A stretch of 64,000 bases of DNA from the NCBI RefSeq assembly GCF_009914755.1, contig NC_060942.1; one strand, given 5' to 3'. This stretch comes from the human T2T-CHM13v2.0 reference genome, Homo sapiens. Below the pieces are notes generated by a model. That model saw only the letters and a list, made by a program, of their open reading frames with translations, was not told where the DNA came from and did not search any database. Below are positions 57,957 through 64,000 of the stretch, piece by piece (position 1 is the stretch's first letter; each line of letters begins with the position of its first letter). A program made the translations under genes and the position numbers.

Positions 57957-58112
57957 GGCTGGGCGTGGTGGTTCACGCCTGTAATCCCAGCACTTTGGGA
58001 GGCCGAGGCAGGTGGATTATCTGAGATCAGGAGTCTTGAGACCAGCCTGGCCAACATGACGAAACCCCGTCTCTACTAAAAATACAAAAAATTAGCCGGG
58101 CATGGTGGCGGA
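57957..58112 (+). mobile_element. AluS, 3'-truncated (left arm plus start of right arm)
   Basis: Similarity stops abruptly after ggcatggtggcgg; no tail. Confidence 0.9.
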
Positions 58113-59296
58113 CAAAGCCCTGATCTCCCAATGTGTCCAAAGTGAATGAAGCTAACAGGAAGGACTTGGGGTTAGAAGTCCTCCACATGCTGACCCTGAG
58201 TTCTCACCATCTTTTCTTCCTTCTAGGTTCACAAGCCACTTGTTTAATAATCCACTCTGAGGTCTGGCCCTGGATGGGCAGTGAGGCTCACAACATAATG
58301 TTGCTCCAATTCATTGTTACCCACTCTTGGAAAAGTCGAGAAACACTGGCCCTTTTCAGATTTTTGGCCCTGCTCAGTGACCACTCTGGGATCCTGCTAG
58401 GGTTTATTAAAGTGAGAGTCAGAAGCGCTCCTATGAAGGTCATCTTGCCCCTGGGCTAGAGTCTCATGGGCCTAGCGCTGAACTGCTTTAAGCCACCAGG
58501 TGTTCTTTTACTCTCTCTTGATCATCCTGGCTCCATTTTTTCCTTTACTATGCTGTTCTATCTAGTCTCCAGAGTAGAGCCACTGCTATGTCACGGGGAG
58601 CAGATGACAGAGAACAGCTGAGCACTCATGCTTCTCTCTGGTGACTGCTCATCATGCTGCCTTGCCTCTAAGCACTGGCTGGCCAGAGAACTGAAATGAT
58701 CCTTCTTGCTGCGTTACCATTTTCTGCACACGGTGAAGTGCACATTGGCCATTCATTTTCTTGGCAGGCTCCTTTGTGTCTGTCTTTCTATCCTGTCTAA
58801 CACCCGCCTACAGTCTTAGCTCATCAGAAATGAACCTGCAAAGCAGAGTCAGTCCCATTGGCTACTGTCTTTAGAAACCTTTCCTTCCTTAAATGGGATC
58901 ATTTAACTTTACTCTCTAAGTACCACGGTTTTTAAAGTTTAGTGTGTTTCTGTTAGGTTCTCTGGCCTTGTGCTTATTTCCTTCAGGCCTCTGAATTTTC
59001 TGAAATCTTTCCTTAAGCCTTTGTTCTAATCTGACAATGTCCTTTCTGGGGCTTTTACAAACTCGAGATGATGGGTCTCTTGTTTCCAAGGTACTTGGTG
59101 GAAATAGGCAGGGGTTTATGGGGCAGCAGCAGGTTCAGCACCTGTTTTTCTGAAGGAAATGAATTCACAACATCCACTTTTCCTCCCTTCTGAGAAATAA
59201 GCTTTCAGCAAAGCCACTCAAGAGTGTGCTAGATGCTATCACTCTTCTGCCCTGTCCTATGTCCATTTTATCTTCTCTGATTAAGAAGCACCATCT

Positions 59297-59559
59297 GGCC
59301 AGGCACAGTGGCTCACACCTGTAATTCCAGCACTTTGGAAGGTGGAGGCAGGAGGATTACTTGAGGCCAGGAGTTCAAGACCAGCCTGGGCAACGTAGGG
59401 AGACCCTGTTTCTATAAAAAGTAAAAATATTAGCTGGATGTGGTGGCCCGGGCCTGTGGTCCCAGCTAAGTTGAGGCTGCAGTGAGCTATGTTTGCATCA
59501 CTGCACTCCAGCCTAGGAGACCGAGAAAGACCCATCTCAAAAAAAAAGAGAAAAAAAAA
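59297..59559 (+). mobile_element. AluJ with a right-arm deletion
   Basis: cccagcta is joined almost directly to gttgaggctgcag; TSD gcaccatc. Confidence 0.9.
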
Positions 59560-59664
59560 GGCACCATCCATATTTCTTGCTTAGCCCCATATACATTTAA
59601 AGGGAAATCAGTTACTCACAGACCTATTATCATGTTTAAATCATTTCAAAATCTTAGAATACGG

Positions 59665-59958
59665 TTTTTTTTTTTGAGATGGAGTTTCGCTCTTGTCATC
59701 CAGGCTGGAGTACAGTGTTGTGATCTCAGCTCACTGCAACCTCTGCCTCCTGGGTTCAAGCGATTCTCCATCCTCAGCCTTCTGAGTAGGTGGGATTACA
59801 GGTGCCCACCACTACGCCCGGCTAATTTTTGTATTTTTAGTAGAGACGGGGTTTCGCCATGTTGGCCAGGCTGGTCTCGAACTTCTGACCTCATGTGATC
59901 CACCTGCCTCAGCCTCCTGAAATGCCGGGATTACAGGCGTGAGCCACCACGCCCGGCC
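59665..59958 (-). mobile_element. AluS
   Basis: Full antisense dimer; TSD gaatac. Confidence 0.92.
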
Positions 59959-60199
59959 TGAATACATATTTTTTAAATAATTTAAGATTTACAATGATTT
60001 TTTTGAGGCAGGAAGATCAAGATCTCATTTTACATATGAGCTTCCCTAAGATCCTGAGGACAGGTACAGGGGACAAGAAAACAGACATGGGTGGTGGACT
60101 CCAAAATGCAAACAGGCCAGGTTTTGAAACTTCTTTCTTGATTACATAATTGGAATTCAGAAAATATCCTCCCTAGAGGGAGGAAAACGATATATTCAG

Positions 60200-60646
60200 T
60201 GTATTAGGTTCCTACTGCTGCTGTGAGAAATTACCACAAATTTGGTGGCTTAAGACAACACAAATTTATTCCCTTACAGTTCTTCAGGTCAGAAGTCGGA
60301 AATGGATCTCACTGGGCTGAAGTCATGGTGCCGGCAGGGATGCCTTCCTTCTGGAGGCTCTGGGGACAAATCCACTTCCTCATCTTTTCCAGCGTCCAGA
60401 GGCTGCGAGAATTCCTTGGCCCATGGCCAGCAAGCACATCACTTCTCTCATCCCATCTTCTCTAACCCCGGCCCTCCTGCCTCCCTCAAATAAGGACCGC
60501 TGTGATTATACAGGGCCCACCTGGATTATCCAGGCTAATCCTCCCATCTCAAGACCCTTAACTTAATCACATCTGCAAAGTCCCCTTTGCCATGCAAAGC
60601 ATTGTATTCACAGGTTCTGAGGACTGGGGCAAGCTTCCCCCTCACA
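60200..60646 (-). mobile_element. MaLR solo LTR (MLT1C/D-like)
   Basis: tgtattaggttcctactgctgctgtgagaaattaccacaaatttggtggctt...cttaatcacatctgcaaagtccc. Confidence 0.85.
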
Positions 60647-61176
60647 GTCAACGGTTCTGCAAAACAGTTGAAAGGCTTATTTTCTGAATGTACCTGAGGC
60701 TTTACCCAGAAGCTGACAGATCCTTAACACTCAAAAGGCAACTCAACTGTTCACCCATTTCATTTTAAAAACTGTGTAGGTGCCAGATGCCGTGGAAGGC
60801 ACCGTGAGCACAAAAAGGATTTTTCTCTGAGGAATGTCTCCAATACCTCCCAGGAGCTCTAGCTCTCCTCACCCCCAGGCTTAGGGGGCAGTGGGATCCT
60901 GCTCTTGGGACCCTCGGCAGTGGGTGGTTCCCTAGCAGGCAGGGCACCTATGTATCAGGGGTACCACCAGCAAAGCAGGGGTGCCAAGAAAATGAAAGGA
61001 TTTTACCTTTTCCATTTCCAAAACAGCAACCAAGTAGTGGTCATCATAACAAAAGACAGATCTCTGTAGCACTTACTTTCCTTTGGTTTTAAAGATTTTG
61101 TTTATCTTGTCGGGGATGGAGGTTGGGGGAGTGGCCACTGCAGTTTTTTCAGTGTTTAGGGTACTAAAGCTCTTAA

Positions 61177-61689
<513 letters not shown>

Positions 61690-62482
61690 TGAAAGAAATG
61701 GAAGCAGCAGCAGTGTCCCGTCTACGCCCTGCCACTGTCTCCACTCCCATCTTACAGACAGAAGCACACACAGGTGACCGTGTCAGGGTGCTGACGGCGG
61801 GACGGAAGGCAGGCCCACCAGCATTCTGAAACAACACCCTGGCTTGGAAAGTCACGAGGACGCCACACCACAGGAGCTAGGCCTGATGTCTAGGGCGTGC
61901 TGAGGGAGGGGGCCAGAGACACCATCGGAGATGGTGCCGGGGTGGGGCTGGCTGCTCTTCCATCCTCCCAGTCCTGCCTCTGGGAAAATATCCTTGGGAG
62001 GAGAAAAGAGGTCATGGGCAGTACCAGACAGCGCTAGTCACCAGACCACGGATACAGCCTCGGTGGCGGCAGCTGAGGCCGTGGTCTGGGGCATGTCCTG
62101 AGTAGGCACTCCCGCAGGTACCAGTGAAGAAACTCTGGCGAGTGGGGGCCTATCCAGGTCGCCACTCTGCTTTCTCTGAGAAAGTTCTACCCGCAGGAAT
62201 GAGGACCTAGAAGCAATGTGTGTGTTGCCACAGCTGATTGGCTAAAGTACAGGCATGGAGCCAAGCTGAGCCAATCAGATGGTGTCTCTGTAGGACCAAG
62301 GGAGGGGAACGAGGCCCTGGGCTTGCTGAGACTGGCACATGTTAATGGCACCTCCTGCAATTTAAGTCTTCAGGGCGGTCCTGTTGTTTCCATCCCTGAG
62401 AGAAAGCTTCCACTAATTCTATGAGATAAACTAGTAAGCGCTTCCTGTCAATACTCCCTTTAACTTTTCCTTAAGCTGGACA

Positions 62483-62670
62483 ACTGGTTCTCGAGCAGGA
62501 GTAATTTTGACACTAGAGGGCATTTAGCAATGTCTGGAGACACTCTTGGTTGTTGCAACCGGGAAGGGGGTGCTACTGGAATTTGATGGGTAGGGAGGGA
62601 TGCTGCTGAAAACCCTATATTGCACAGGACAGCCCCCACCACAAAGAATTGTTTGGCCCCAAATGTTACT
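62483..62670 (+). mobile_element. MER20-like hAT MITE
   Basis: catttagcaatgtctggagaca...ggtgctactggaatt...gatgctgctgaaaaccct...cacaggacagcccccaccacaaagaatt. Confidence 0.8.
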
Positions 62671-63276
62671 TTGAGCTTGACAGAGATCGTTTTTATTGCA
62701 GCCTAAGGAGCATGCAACTCACCTTGATACAATGATCAGTTCATTCCTAGCATCATTAATGGTGGCTCAACCACATGCCTTTGCTACTGTGAGGTAGTAT
62801 GAAGCAAACAGCATCACTGTGATGTATTCTCCCCAACAAGTCTAACGTAAACCCATCATGTCTTTAGAGATGACTTCCAGTTTACAGGAAATTAAGGGAT
62901 AGATTCATGAGCTAAACTACACATGACAAGGCAACCACACAAATCGAGATGGCAGGACATTTTGCAGGACAGCTAGCCCAGTCTCCAGCAAGTTGTAAAG
63001 GGCATTGTGGAGTCAAGCAGGGAAACTCAAATATAGTTGTGGAATTAGAGGAAATAATTTTTTTTAAATGGAAAGGTAAAGGTTATTGTCCAAAATAAGC
63101 ACAGGAAAAGATCCAGAAGGCTACTCACTAATGTTTTAACATTGGCAGTCTGAGTGGTGGGAACATACGGTATAGTTTGTTTTTTTTTTTTTGGTTTGTC
63201 TATATTTTTAAATTCTCTACAATGTACATGTACTTCTTCTATAATATTAAAATGTTATTAAAAATAAACAATAGAG

Positions 63277-63864
<588 letters not shown>

Positions 63865-64000
63865 CCAATTTTTTTTAAATTAATTAAAAAAATACCCAAT
63901 AGACTTTTGAACATATCCAGGGCTAGGTAAGTTGGGAGCTGCCTGCCAGCAAGTTTGTCTATGTCTAGGAATGGTGGACATACAGACAGACCATGAAAGA

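Overview
This is primate, almost certainly human, non-coding-rich genomic DNA. It contains the last two coding exons and the 3' UTR of KCTD1 on the minus strand (exons 55744-56049 and 51867-52025; poly(A) signal 51115-51120). Positions 1 to about 51 kb are downstream intergenic sequence and 56050-64000 is KCTD1 intron. Most of the rest is transposable-element relic: about 30 Alu/FLAM copies, many with visible target-site duplications (TSDs), old L1M/L1PA fragments, MaLR LTRs, L2/MIR and hAT MITEs. Nearly all ORFs in the supplied track are chance ORFs or Alu/L1 read-throughs. I found no new multi-gene system. The most unusual signal is a perfectly identical 188-bp duplication (48584-48771 copied to 46564-46751) that interrupts an ancient MER102-like element and looks like a recent templated repair insertion. 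Other candidates are a near-perfect p63/p53 site in the KCTD1 intron, a double-octamer/AP-1 cluster, and a symmetric stop-free exon flanked by oppositely oriented Alus. Repeat subfamily names come from recalled consensus sequences and their boundaries are approximate.
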